Counted from the first letter of the stretch, positions 55,509 through 64,000 are shown. The stretch: 64,000 nucleotides of DNA from Candidatus Poseidoniales archaeon (GCA_019651595.1 BOYQ01000004.1:40534-104533); one strand, 5' to 3'. The notes: generated from the letters alone by a model not told the origin. Program-made: numbers and translations.

Positions 55509-56296
55509 ATGGTGAATCAAGAAGGCACCACCCCCGAAGAAGGGGAACTGGTGGTTGCGACCATCAAAACCGTGAAGCAAAACGGTGCGTACGTTGACCT
55601 GGACGAATACGAAGGCATCGAGGGTTTCATTTTCATCGGTGAAATCGCCTCGGGGTGGGTCAAAAACATTCGAGGATTTGTGCGAGAAGGCCAGCGTGTG
55701 ATCTGCAAGGTCATGCGCACGCGGCGGGACGGAACGTCCCTCGAATTGTCCCTCAAATCTGTTTCCGAGGAGCGTCGAAGGGACCGACTGCAGGAATGGA
55801 AAAACGAGCAACGCGCTCAGCAGCTGCTCAAGGTCCTTGGAGAAAAAGTCGGATGGTCGGATGACGACGTGGCCGAGCAATCCCTCGAACTCATCGAGGC
55901 ATTCGGTGGCCTGTATGCGGCCTTTGAAGAGGCCGCCATGCAGGAAGGTGCGTTGGAAAATGCAGGGTTCGAAGGCGAATGGTTGCCGTCCTTCATCGAA
56001 ATCGCCGTTGAGAACATCATCCCACCCTTCGTCGAAGTGCGGGGCACGCTCACGCTGAGCATCAACGTCAACGACGGCGTCTCCATCATCCGTTCGGCGC
56101 TTGAAGCGGCCGAATCTCTCTCAAACGAGAAGAAGAGATCGACGTGAAGTGTTTCTACGACGGTGCGCCCTCGTATCGAATCGAACTGAAGGCACCGGAT
56201 TTCAAAGTGGCGGAGTCGATGTGGGAACTCGCCACGAAAGCGGTGGTTGATCACATGACGGCCGCCGGCGGCGAAGCCACCGCCCAACGGGAGTGA
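55509..56296 (+). CDS. eif2a: Translation initiation factor aIF2 alpha subunit, one frameshift near 56127-56135
   Basis: S1 domain EGELVVATIKTVKQNGAYVDLDEYEGIEGFIFIGEIASGWVKNIRGFVREGQRVICKV. The ORF ends ..SNEKKRST*, but the shifted frame gives EEEIDVKCFYDGAPSYRIELKAPDFKVAESMWELATKAVVDHM..AQRE* (the expected C-domain). This is consistent with GAG(G)AAGAAGAG. Confidence 0.88.
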
Positions 56297-56301
56297 GCAC
56301 G

Positions 56302-56613
56302 ATGGCAAAACAGCGCATGCAACAGTGCCTGACCTGCGGAGCGTTTTCACTCAACACCACCTGCCCCAAGTGCGGGGAACGTGCTCAAGCCGCAGCGCCG
56401 TTGAAGTGGTCACCAGAAGACAATCGCGCTGCCCTACGCCGCAAAATGAACGGGGTTGAGGATGCCGACTGGCCGAGCCAACTCGCAACGCTCCCTCGCT
56501 GGCGACCATGGAAACCAACACGCCTCGGAAGAGGAATGATGGAATCGCAGTCCACCCTCGAAAATCGTGCGCCTGCGCATGTCAACGATGTCAAACATTA
56601 TAGCGCGTGTTGA
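56302..56613 (+). CDS. nop10: Nop10 (H/ACA RNP protein) with unusually long C-terminal extension
   Basis: MAKQRMQQCLTCGAFSLNTTCPKCGERAQAAAPLKWSPEDNRAALRRKM matches Nop10 (C..CG.Y.L...CP.CG......P..FSPED). The ORF continues about 50 further codons to 56613. Confidence 0.75.
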   Translation: MAKQRMQQCLTCGAFSLNTTCPKCGERAQAAAPLKWSPEDNRAALRRKMNGVEDADWPSQLATLPRWRPWKPTRLGRGMMESQSTLENRAPAHVNDVKHYSAC

Positions 56614-56628
56614 CGGGTTTAACCCTTC

Positions 56629-57384
56629 ATGACGATGCGAATTGAGTGGCGCAACGGTTGTTCATCGCTTCCCGACGGAGCAACCCTCTTGGTGGCTTTC
56701 CCCGGAGTGGCCAACCTCGGCAAAGTTGCGGTCGATTCCATCGGCAACCTCCACGAAGGGACCGAGCTGGCTCGTCTCCACCCGACCGGCCTTCCTCCTC
56801 ATGCAGAACTGGATGAAGACGGGTTGCTCGCCCCGCCGCATTACACCTTGCGGAGCATTGAGACCCAAGGGACCGGCCGGTTGCTCACCCTGACCGGGAA
56901 GGCCCAGCCCAACGAACCGGGCCACCAATCAACCTTGGCGGCTGATTTGATGGAATTCCTTCAGGCCCAGGCCGTCTCCACCGTGCTGGTCCTGGCCGGC
57001 ATGATTGACAAACCCGAGGTGAAAGACACCTTCGCCGTGGCCAGTTCCGCTTCCTTCCGCATCGACATGGAAGCGCTGGGGGTTGACGTCCGACGGGATG
57101 AACCCCGGTCAGGTGCCATCGGCTTGGCGGCCTTGTTGGCCTCCATGGGACCGCTGTACGGGATGAACTCTGCGTGCGTGATCGCCACGACCGTCGGCAA
57201 CAGCGAGGACATCATGGGGTCTCAGCGCCTCATTGAACACCTTGAGCGGTGGTTTGATTTCGGCCTGACGGTTCCTACCGGCGGTGATGCTTGGTTAAGG
57301 AGCAAACTTCAGGCCATGGCTCCCGAGGTCAAGGACGACCTCGTAAAGGAAATGACCGCATCCCATGATGCGTTCTATATGTGA
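56629..57384 (+). CDS. PAC2-family (proteasome assembly chaperone-like, COG1938) protein
   Basis: Its position after aIF2a-nop10 is the conserved archaeal arrangement. LLVAFPGVANLGKVAVD..LLTLTGKAQP...VLVLAGM fit the family pattern. Confidence 0.65.
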   Translation: MTMRIEWRNGCSSLPDGATLLVAFPGVANLGKVAVDSIGNLHEGTELARLHPTGLPPHAELDEDGLLAPPHYTLRSIETQGTGRLLTLTGKAQPNEPGHQSTLAADLMEFLQAQAVSTVLVLAGMIDKPEVKDTFAVASSASFRIDMEALGVDVRRDEPRSGAIGLAALLASMGPLYGMNSACVIATTVGNSEDIMGSQRLIEHLERWFDFGLTVPTGGDAWLRSKLQAMAPEVKDDLVKEMTASHDAFYM

Positions 57385-57391
57385 TTGAGAG

Positions 57392-57474
57392 CGCCGAGAG
57401 AGGGATTTGAACCCCCGCGTCCAAGGGACAGTGGATTTCGAATCCACCGCAATACCGGGCTATGCGACCTCGGC
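57392..57474 (-). tRNA. tRNA-Ser (anticodon CGA), long variable arm, no encoded CCA
   Basis: GCCGAGG TC GCA TAGCCCGGTAT TGC G GTGGA TTCGAAA TCCAC TGTCCCTTGGACGC GGGGG TTCAAAT CCCTC TCTCGGC G. Confidence 0.85.
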
Positions 57475-57529
57475 TCCGACCGGTTGCTCATGCGCCACGG
57501 TCATAAGCATGATGTTTGGTCGCCGTCTC

Positions 57530-57730
57530 ATGGAGATTCGCTTTCACGGCACGGACATCGACACCACCCTCGACGTCGCACAGGGAACCTCCATCCGCGC
57601 CGCCCTCCAAGCCGCTGGCATCCTCCCCTCCATGGTCATCGTCAGCTACGAAGGCACCGTTTTACCTCATTCCACACCGCTGAACCAGCCGGTTGAATTG
57701 TTGGTGACCACCATTTCATCAGGCGGGTGA
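57530..57730 (+). CDS. ThiS/MoaD-type ubiquitin-like beta-grasp protein ending in Gly-Gly (SAMP-like)
   Basis: MEIRFHGTDIDTTLDVAQGTSIRAALQAAGILPSMVIVSYEGTVLPHSTPLNQPVELLVTTISSGG* (66 aa). The longer track ORF (57407) would overlap the tRNA. Confidence 0.65.
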   Translation: MEIRFHGTDIDTTLDVAQGTSIRAALQAAGILPSMVIVSYEGTVLPHSTPLNQPVELLVTTISSGG

Positions 57731-59569
57731 ACGTTCGGTGCGCTCGATGATCTGCAGCCGTGAATTTCGGGTGTAATCCGCCCTGACCTCGCTGGCCCAA
57801 GCATCCAGTCCGACGTTGCCCACGGCCACCACGTCACCCGTTTCCAACATCGTGTACTGGTGATTCCAGTCGTCTGCCCAACCTTCAACCTTGAACGCAC
57901 CTGTGTGGTCCATCAGCATCATCCCTTTCCTCGACCAAGGCTTTCCGTTTTTGCCCACGCCGTTCTTTTCATAGGTGTAAACAACCGTTCCACCAACGTT
58001 GTGTTTGGCTTGATAGTCAAAGAGGTCGAAGGATTCGAGGTCAGGGTCTTCATCAGCGACCAGGGCCGAGAACGGGTCCATTTTGAGCACGATCTCACCT
58101 TTCCAGTTCACGGTAAAAACGGCATCTTTCACCACCACTTGCGCCCCTTTCATGGCGGGCACGGCCACCGTCGGGGAACCGTCCGAACGTGTGGTTGAAA
58201 TCACCTGAACGTGAGCCATGTTTGTTCCTTGCTTGAGGGTCATCTTGAGCGGGACGCCGTCCTTGAGGTAGCCCACCGAGAACAGTTCTCCTCGAACGGT
58301 TGCTCGGGGGTCCAAGCCACCGATGGCCTGCAGGGGCGTACGTTGGCTCGCACCTGGTAGCTGCACCGAATCCGGTAGACGCCGCTCATCGGTTCCCTCA
58401 CCACCGGGGCAGACCGAACGCCAGTCGCACCGCTGGCATCGGGATTCATTCGGCGGTTCGGCCGCAACGCCTCCGGGAGAAAAACCACGCATTGGCTTCG
58501 GATTTGGCGGGCATTCCGCCAGGGTTGGCACGTCCGCTTTCAGCGTGGTCCACAACGCTTCCATCTCAACTTCAATGGCTTCGAGGTCCTCCACGCTGGG
58601 CGGTTCAACGGTCTTGATGCTGGGGTGGCCAAGGTACCAGATTTGGAGGCCGGACACCTGTTCGGTTCTGCCGTGGGTAGCGTACCACAGCATGGCGTAG
58701 ATCTTGAGTTGCTCCACGTAATCCCCTGACCGGTCGTTGGCACCGATGCTGGCCTTGAGGTCGACGATCACCGGCTTGCCCGTCCAACGGTAAACAAGAT
58801 CGTACTCACCCTGAAACCAGTGGCCGGGATGGACGGCGTTCATGGTAAAGGAAGGAGCGTCGGGGTCGACGAACCAAGGTCGGGCGATTTCCCATGCTTC
58901 GGTCCACGACAAAGCACTCGCCTCAGCGAGCGGGTGGCCTTCGAAGGACTCGTGAGGAAATCCATCGGGAGCGGGCCAGGCAGGTCGCTCACCTCGGCGC
59001 CAAGCCTCCAAGCCAGGTCCACCGTCTGACGCCATGCATCGTTCAACCTCGTCGAGGTGGAAGCGCACGGCGTTGAGAACCATCTCAAGGCACGCTGCTT
59101 CGTCAACCTCCGACCAGTCCCCTGCCCTTCGCTCGTCCTTCTCCCAAAGCAGGCGCATTCGCTCGAGGGCTGGTGGAAGATGATGCCTCGCTCGCTCCAT
59201 GGCCCATGACGCCAGGTCGTCTTTGGTCGACGGACGCTCGTGGGGCAAGAACGGCATCAGGCCCACGGCCGGCCAAGTGGCGTCTTCCGAAGCGACAGGG
59301 GTCCCATCATCAGCGTAGGGGGAGGCTCCGAGCACGTCGGGGGCCGAACTGGCGACGACGAAGCCGGGGGACTCCTTCAGGACGCGACACACCGCTTCCT
59401 CAACCGCCCTACCAACGAACAGCACCGGGATTTGTGGCATTTTGAACCGGTAGACTTTCTGGTAAAACCAAAGCCTCGGGCAGGCCTTGTAGGTGTTGGC
59501 CTGGCTTGCCGACATGCGACGGTAAGGGCCGACCTCATCGGTCGCTTGATTCGCCGTTTGAACGGGCAT
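57719..59569 (-). CDS. Cas4-like PD-(D/E)XK Fe-S nuclease fused to two C-terminal OB-fold-like domains (paralog A)
   Basis: MSASQANTYKACPRLWFYQ; GEYDLVYRWTGKPVIVDLKAS..YVEQLKIYAMLW; CQRCDWRSVCP. C-terminus ATVRGELFSVGYLKDGVPLKMTLKQGTNMAHVQV.. and HNVGGTVVYTYEKNGVGKNGKPWSRKGMMLMDHTGAFKVEGW..LETGDVVAVGNV. Confidence 0.6.
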   Translation of the reverse strand: MPVQTANQATDEVGPYRRMSASQANTYKACPRLWFYQKVYRFKMPQIPVLFVGRAVEEAVCRVLKESPGFVVASSAPDVLGASPYADDGTPVASEDATWPAVGLMPFLPHERPSTKDDLASWAMERARHHLPPALERMRLLWEKDERRAGDWSEVDEAACLEMVLNAVRFHLDEVERCMASDGGPGLEAWRRGERPAWPAPDGFPHESFEGHPLAEASALSWTEAWEIARPWFVDPDAPSFTMNAVHPGHWFQGEYDLVYRWTGKPVIVDLKASIGANDRSGDYVEQLKIYAMLWYATHGRTEQVSGLQIWYLGHPSIKTVEPPSVEDLEAIEVEMEALWTTLKADVPTLAECPPNPKPMRGFSPGGVAAEPPNESRCQRCDWRSVCPGGEGTDERRLPDSVQLPGASQRTPLQAIGGLDPRATVRGELFSVGYLKDGVPLKMTLKQGTNMAHVQVISTTRSDGSPTVAVPAMKGAQVVVKDAVFTVNWKGEIVLKMDPFSALVADEDPDLESFDLFDYQAKHNVGGTVVYTYEKNGVGKNGKPWSRKGMMLMDHTGAFKVEGWADDWNHQYTMLETGDVVAVGNVGLDAWASEVRADYTRNSRLQIIERTERSPA

Positions 59570-59619
59570 GGACGCTACAGGTGGGCCACACCTTTTGAAG
59601 GCTCACTCTTGGGTCGTGC

Positions 59620-61362
59620 TCAGCGATCAGCGAAGGTTTCGAGCCGAGTTTTTCGGTTGTCAATGCGAAGTTGAAGGATGCCTGACCGCCACCCAAGTTC
59701 AACACCCGTCATGGCCAATCCGTCGCCCGGACGAATCGCCAACAACCGCTGATTGATGCTCGCGCCGAACGCCACGACTTCCGCAACGTGCGACCCGTCC
59801 CACAACATCAGCGACACCATGCTCCACGGTTTCCCGTCGATTCGGACACCCGATCGCTGACGAATGGACAGCACGTGCCCTTTGACGTTGGCGCGAGTCC
59901 GAAGAAGACCGAGGCGTGTGGTGGCTGGCATGTCATCGTCGCTGACCGTTGACCGTTGTTTGATTTGGGTGGTGGCGTCGACGTAGAGGCGTGCTTGATC
60001 CCTCCACACGCCGGGCAGCGCATCGAAAAGCACCACGTCCTGCTCCACGAGGTCGTGAAGATCGGGGTAAGCGCCGGGTTCACTTTCCTCAAGCGTGATG
60101 TGCTGCTGACCCACGACCAGCACGGCCCCGAGAACATGTTCAGCGAAATGATTCGGCATTGGACCCCATGCACCGGTAAGGCGGCCGGTGACCGCCACGC
60201 GACCCTGAACTTCACCCAACGGTGCGTACGGCGGCCGCATACGAACCTCAGGTAGTGAGCGAATCCATTCGAATCGCTCTGGAACCGACCACGCACCGTC
60301 ATCCGTCCGTGCGACGCTGCACCAACCGCAACCTGCGGCCTCCCCATCGCAGGCTGTTTCAGCAGGGGCGGGGAAGGCCATAACGCCGGCATCATGGGAT
60401 TGCATCGCTTTGTAGTGCGCTTGGTAAGTGGTTGTTAACTCCACCATGTCGTCCCCGCGAGGCGGTGAGTAACCCACCCGCTCACCGGCTTCGAGGTACC
60501 ACCCTTCCATGCCGTCAACGATGTCCCCCCCGTGAGTTTCATGCCACAACCAAGCGTAAAATCGGAGTTGGTGTTCAAGCGAGGTTGAGAACGCGGAATG
60601 CGGCGTTCCCAGTTTGATGTCGACAAGACGAACGTGGCCGTCCCATCGCAGGACCATGTCCAATTCGCCAGAAGCCCATCCGTCCGGATGGTAGAGGCGC
60701 TGGGGTTGATGCACGCGTGGGTCTTTGAACCAAGGTCGGGCGCACTCCCAAGCCTCGTGCCACGTGATTGCAGACCCCGCCTCAGACCATGTGGGCGAGG
60801 CTGGCGGGGTCCACGAGCGCAATCCAACATCTCGAACCTTTTCCGGGAGAGGGTAAACGGGTGCTGCTCCGAGGCAGGGTTCAGGAACGGCGAACGGAAC
60901 CTCGCCAGCCCTGCGTTGTTCGAGGTAGGGTCCACCGGACGCTGCAAAACACGCTTCAACCTCGCTCATGAACAACCCGAGACCGCCCATCAGGCGGTCT
61001 TCGATGGAGGCGGTCGTCACACGATCCCAGTCCGTCGGGTCGGACGTCCAGAGGACGTCGTTCCATGCCGCCTCGCTTTTTTCGTAAGCTGAGGCCGCCA
61101 TGGTGGGCACCTGAGCCGTGGCCCAGGCCAACAATTCCTCGTGGCTGGAAACAACGGGAGGGTGCATCATCAACAGGTCGCAGAACGCTTCCTCAAGGAC
61201 CACACCGAGGATTTGTGAGGGGCGAGTCGGGCCTTGCAAACCGACTTGATACCCCATAAGCCACTGACGCGGGCAGCGAAGGTAGGTGGTGAGGGCGCTG
61301 GCCGAGAGTCGGCCGCGCGTCCTTCCCATTGGACCGCCTCGTGGAGGCAGACCTACGGGCAT
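59620..61362 (-). CDS. Cas4-like PD-(D/E)XK Fe-S nuclease fused to two C-terminal OB-fold-like domains (paralog B)
   Basis: LSASALTTYLRCPRQWLMG; GELDMVLRWDGHVRLVDIKLG..LEHQLRFYAWLW; ACDGEAAGCGWC. C-terminus GRVAVTGRLTGAWGP..VLGAVLVVGQQHITLEE.. and ANVKGHVLSIRQRSGVRIDGKPWSMVSLMLWDGSHVAEVVAFG..IRPGDGLAMTGVEL. Confidence 0.6.
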   Translation of the reverse strand: MPVGLPPRGGPMGRTRGRLSASALTTYLRCPRQWLMGYQVGLQGPTRPSQILGVVLEEAFCDLLMMHPPVVSSHEELLAWATAQVPTMAASAYEKSEAAWNDVLWTSDPTDWDRVTTASIEDRLMGGLGLFMSEVEACFAASGGPYLEQRRAGEVPFAVPEPCLGAAPVYPLPEKVRDVGLRSWTPPASPTWSEAGSAITWHEAWECARPWFKDPRVHQPQRLYHPDGWASGELDMVLRWDGHVRLVDIKLGTPHSAFSTSLEHQLRFYAWLWHETHGGDIVDGMEGWYLEAGERVGYSPPRGDDMVELTTTYQAHYKAMQSHDAGVMAFPAPAETACDGEAAGCGWCSVARTDDGAWSVPERFEWIRSLPEVRMRPPYAPLGEVQGRVAVTGRLTGAWGPMPNHFAEHVLGAVLVVGQQHITLEESEPGAYPDLHDLVEQDVVLFDALPGVWRDQARLYVDATTQIKQRSTVSDDDMPATTRLGLLRTRANVKGHVLSIRQRSGVRIDGKPWSMVSLMLWDGSHVAEVVAFGASINQRLLAIRPGDGLAMTGVELGWRSGILQLRIDNRKTRLETFADR

Positions 61363-61401
61363 GGACGCACCTCCGTGCAGGGAGGGTGCAAGCGGCGTGA
61401 A

Positions 61402-63180
61402 TCAGGCATCGTAGGAATAGTAGTCACCACTGTTTCGTTGTTCCCGGTCTTTCCTGCTCTCGTTCTTGTTGATACGCGGACGGCGCGAGTCATGGTCCCG
61501 GCGGAACGTGACATCAACACCTGACAGAAATCGGTTCATGCCTTCTCGCAACTTGTACGGGCCCGTCGCACGACCCTCCACACCGCCCTGACCTTCAAAG
61601 ACGAGAAGTGAGTCTGAAACGATGTCAATGAAGTAGACGTCGTGGTCGATGACGAACGCTGATTTTTCGTTCGCCTCCATGGTCCTTCGAATCGCCTTCG
61701 CCGCCTCCATCCTCGCGTTGGCGTCAAGGTGGGCTGAGGGTTCGTCCAGCAGGTACAGGTCAGCCTCCCTGCCCAGGCAAAGGGCGATGGAGACGGCTTG
61801 CCGCTCACCACCGGAGAGTTTCTTGACGCGCTTGGGAAGGAGTTGGTCAATGCCGAGGGCTTTGATGACGTTCACGTTGAACTCTCCACTCCTCCAGCGA
61901 GGACCGAGCTCGCTGTCCAACCAAAGTTGGACGGAGCCGTCAATGTCGACGTCGATGTGCTGAGGCTTGTACGAAATGGTCGCCTCTGCCGTCACCCACC
62001 CTGCGTCGTACTCATGCTCGCCTGCAAGGATTTTGATCATCGTGGATTTACCTGTCCCGTTGGAGCCGACCACGCCCACCACTTCGGAACGATGAACGGC
62101 TCCCTCGCCTGAAGTGAGTTTAAACTCACCAAGGCGCTTTTCAAGGCCACCCCAGGACACCACCGGCGTCCCAATTTCTCCGGATCGGTCGCGATGGCGA
62201 AGGAATTTAATCGGTTTGTCTCGGATGCGGACGTTTTCCTCAGGGAGGAACCCGTCGAGGTAGGAATTGATGGCCTGGCGCGTGGACCGGGCTGGTGTAA
62301 AAATTCCGAAGGCCCCCTTCTTGCCGTAGACGATGTGAATCAAATCGGCCAACACGTCCAACACGGCCAAATCGTGTTCGATGACGATCACCCGCTTGGT
62401 TTCCGCCAGCGCCTGAATGATGCGGACGATGCGCATGCGTTCGTGGATGTCGAGGTAAGAAGACGGCTCGTCAAAGAAATAGACGTCAACGTCGCGAAGG
62501 ATGGTGGCGGCAATGGCCATGCGTTGCAGTTCACCGCCCGAGAGTTGCTGGACGGTTCGGTCCATAAGGTGGTCGATACCGAGGGAGCGCGTGGTCTCGT
62601 CGAGCAGGCCTCGCTCATCGACTTTCGACAGCAAATCCATCACCGTGCCGGTGATGCGTTTGGGGAGGCGGTCCACGTTTTGCGGTTTGACGGCCACCCG
62701 AATTTTGCCGCCCTGAACGGCGATGAAAAAGTCCCGCAACTCGCCTTTGGGCAGCGAGTCGATGACCTCATCCCACTGCGCTTCTTGGTTCAACCAATCA
62801 CCGAGGTTCGGGATCATCCTACCGGACAGGGCGCTGATGGCCGTGGATTTCCCCATGCCGTTCGGACCAAGGATGCCCACCACGCTTTCTTTGGAGGGCG
62901 TTGGAAGCCTGAACAGACGGAAACCGTTCATGGAATAACGATGAATCATGTCCGTTTCCAGCTCGCTCGGGAGGTTCTCGATGATGAGGGCGTCGTGCGG
63001 GCACTTGTTGATGCAAATACCGCAGCCGATGCAGAGGCTTTCCGAGATGTGAGGCTTGCCGGTGTTCTCGTCCATGATGATGCATTCTTGCCCGTTGCGG
63101 ACGGGTGGGCAGAACACCTGGCATTCATCGTTGCACTTCTTTGGCTGACAGTTGTCCTCCTTCAGCACGGCAACACGCAT
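61402..63180 (-). CDS. abce1: ABCE1 / RNase L inhibitor-type ribosome recycling ATPase
   Basis: MRVAVLKEDNCQPKKCNDECQVFCPPV..CIGCGICINKCP (N-terminal Fe-S domain). Two ABC cassettes: GILGPNGMGKST..LSGGELQR..FFDEPSSYLD and GVVGSNGTGKST..LSGGERQ..LLDEPSAHLD. Confidence 0.95.
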   Translation of the reverse strand: MRVAVLKEDNCQPKKCNDECQVFCPPVRNGQECIIMDENTGKPHISESLCIGCGICINKCPHDALIIENLPSELETDMIHRYSMNGFRLFRLPTPSKESVVGILGPNGMGKSTAISALSGRMIPNLGDWLNQEAQWDEVIDSLPKGELRDFFIAVQGGKIRVAVKPQNVDRLPKRITGTVMDLLSKVDERGLLDETTRSLGIDHLMDRTVQQLSGGELQRMAIAATILRDVDVYFFDEPSSYLDIHERMRIVRIIQALAETKRVIVIEHDLAVLDVLADLIHIVYGKKGAFGIFTPARSTRQAINSYLDGFLPEENVRIRDKPIKFLRHRDRSGEIGTPVVSWGGLEKRLGEFKLTSGEGAVHRSEVVGVVGSNGTGKSTMIKILAGEHEYDAGWVTAEATISYKPQHIDVDIDGSVQLWLDSELGPRWRSGEFNVNVIKALGIDQLLPKRVKKLSGGERQAVSIALCLGREADLYLLDEPSAHLDANARMEAAKAIRRTMEANEKSAFVIDHDVYFIDIVSDSLLVFEGQGGVEGRATGPYKLREGMNRFLSGVDVTFRRDHDSRRPRINKNESRKDREQRNSGDYYSYDA

Positions 63181-63273
63181 ACCATCACCCAACCGAGCCT
63201 CTCGTCTGTTCTATTTTGTTTCACCTGCCGTTCACCGAGCCAAGCCCGGTGAAACGGATGCGTTGTCCTCGTC

Positions 63274-63813
63274 TCAAATGAGACCCTTGAGGTGCTCATG
63301 TCCGCGGATGAGGCGGATCGTGCACGGGGTAGGGAACTTCATGCTGGCCTTGCGGAGTGCATCACGGGCCGTGAGATAGTGGGGTGCGTTGACTTGAATC
63401 GAAATGACCCGCTGACCGCGCTTGACGCGGGCGGCGGTTCCAACGTTCTTTCCGAAGGCACATCGCATGCCCTGCGAAACACGGTCAGCGCCGGCACCGG
63501 TGGCTTGCTTGTTTTCGCGTAGCACGTGGTGAGGGAAGGTGTGGACACGGAGGGCGTACCCCTGTGCACCGGCTTCCTTACGGATGGTGGAGTTGGAAAC
63601 GACACGAGCCGCCTCGAGGGCGGTGTGGCGAATCTGAACGTCGTTGTCCGCACGAAGTTCGAGGACGACTTGGAACTGCCCCGTCTCCGCAGCACGTCGG
63701 TTTCCGACGTGGTATTGGTGGATACGGTTGTTGGGCACACCACCGATGTACTTTCGACGGGTGTAGGCTGGGCCTTTCAAGCGGCGGTACATCACAGCGG
63801 GTTTACGTGCCAT
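63274..63813 (-). CDS. rpl10e: Ribosomal protein L10e (uL16)
   Basis: MARKPAVMYRRLKGPAYTRRKYIGGVPNNRI..LELRADNDVQIRHTALEAARV..LRVHTFPHHVLRENK...GAGADRVSQGMR.AFGK. The start at 63813 is the internal ATG of ORF 63274..63939. Confidence 0.92.
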   Translation of the reverse strand: MARKPAVMYRRLKGPAYTRRKYIGGVPNNRIHQYHVGNRRAAETGQFQVVLELRADNDVQIRHTALEAARVVSNSTIRKEAGAQGYALRVHTFPHHVLRENKQATGAGADRVSQGMRCAFGKNVGTAARVKRGQRVISIQVNAPHYLTARDALRKASMKFPTPCTIRLIRGHEHLKGLI

Positions 63814-64000
63814 AGGTCTGCCTCCAAGCGCTCCTGCGACCGATGCTCCCTTTATGATATCTCCGCACACGTCGGCCATGCAAACGGACGGGGTGCGTGG
63901 CCGTGCTCGAGCAAAGTCTTCATGATGCGCCCGCTCCACGACACGTCATGGCTGATGGTTGGCGAAGGCTCCTCGAGGAGGAATCCGAGCACCAGTGGCT

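Noticed and set aside
57392-61362. tRNA-Ser-adjacent block with nucleases, considered as an integrated element or defence island
   Set aside because: There is no integrase, no direct repeat of the tRNA 3' end, and no visible compositional shift. The block lies on the 5' side of the tRNA and is contiguous with the ABCE1/L10e housekeeping genes on the same strand.
63940-64000. Possible start of another gene at the right edge (ATGGCTGATGGTTGGCGAAGG.. on the plus strand)
   Set aside because: Only about 17 codons are visible. That is too little sequence to support a call.

Overview
GC-rich, gene-dense archaeal chromosomal segment. Archaeal markers: thermosome, aIF2-alpha, Nop10, ABCE1, ribosomal proteins L10e/L37e/L41e/L44e/S27e, archaeal-type triosephosphate isomerase, and an intron-containing tRNA-Trp. 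The gene content is photolyase, two squalene/phytoene-synthase paralogs, ETF plus acyl-CoA dehydrogenase, sucCD, and many secreted or anchored proteases and surface proteins. By inference only, this suggests a planktonic heterotrophic euryarchaeote of the Marine Group II / Thermoplasmatota type. I call about 60 protein genes and 4 tRNAs (Trp-CCA with a 107-nt intron, Arg-TCT, Ala-GGC, Ser-CGA). Three ribosomal protein genes are too small to be listed as their own ORFs in the track. I found no rRNA, CRISPR array, transposase or integrase. Main second-look items: (1) two tandem paralogous Cas4-like Fe-S nucleases, each fused to two OB folds, plus a third stand-alone PD-(D/E)XK/Fe-S nuclease; (2) a Tudor/Agenet-like - EF-hand - Tudor-like protein with a eukaryote-like domain mix; (3) a zinc-ribbon protein with a Q/P/M-rich region and at least 13 PGPKK(G/S) repeats, sitting directly upstream of an SF2 helicase; (4) a tRNA-Trp intron whose box C/D-like guide places C34 at the N+5 position; (5) many reading-frame disruptions, strongly clustered at 46.8-53.4 kb (MCM-N-like, etfBA, MBL hydrolase, propeller/PKD gene, purF). 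Several disruptions sit at short homopolymers, so they are either base-calling or assembly artefacts or local gene decay; the sequence alone cannot decide. Many long plus- or minus-strand ORFs in the track are antisense shadow ORFs typical of high-GC DNA and were rejected.
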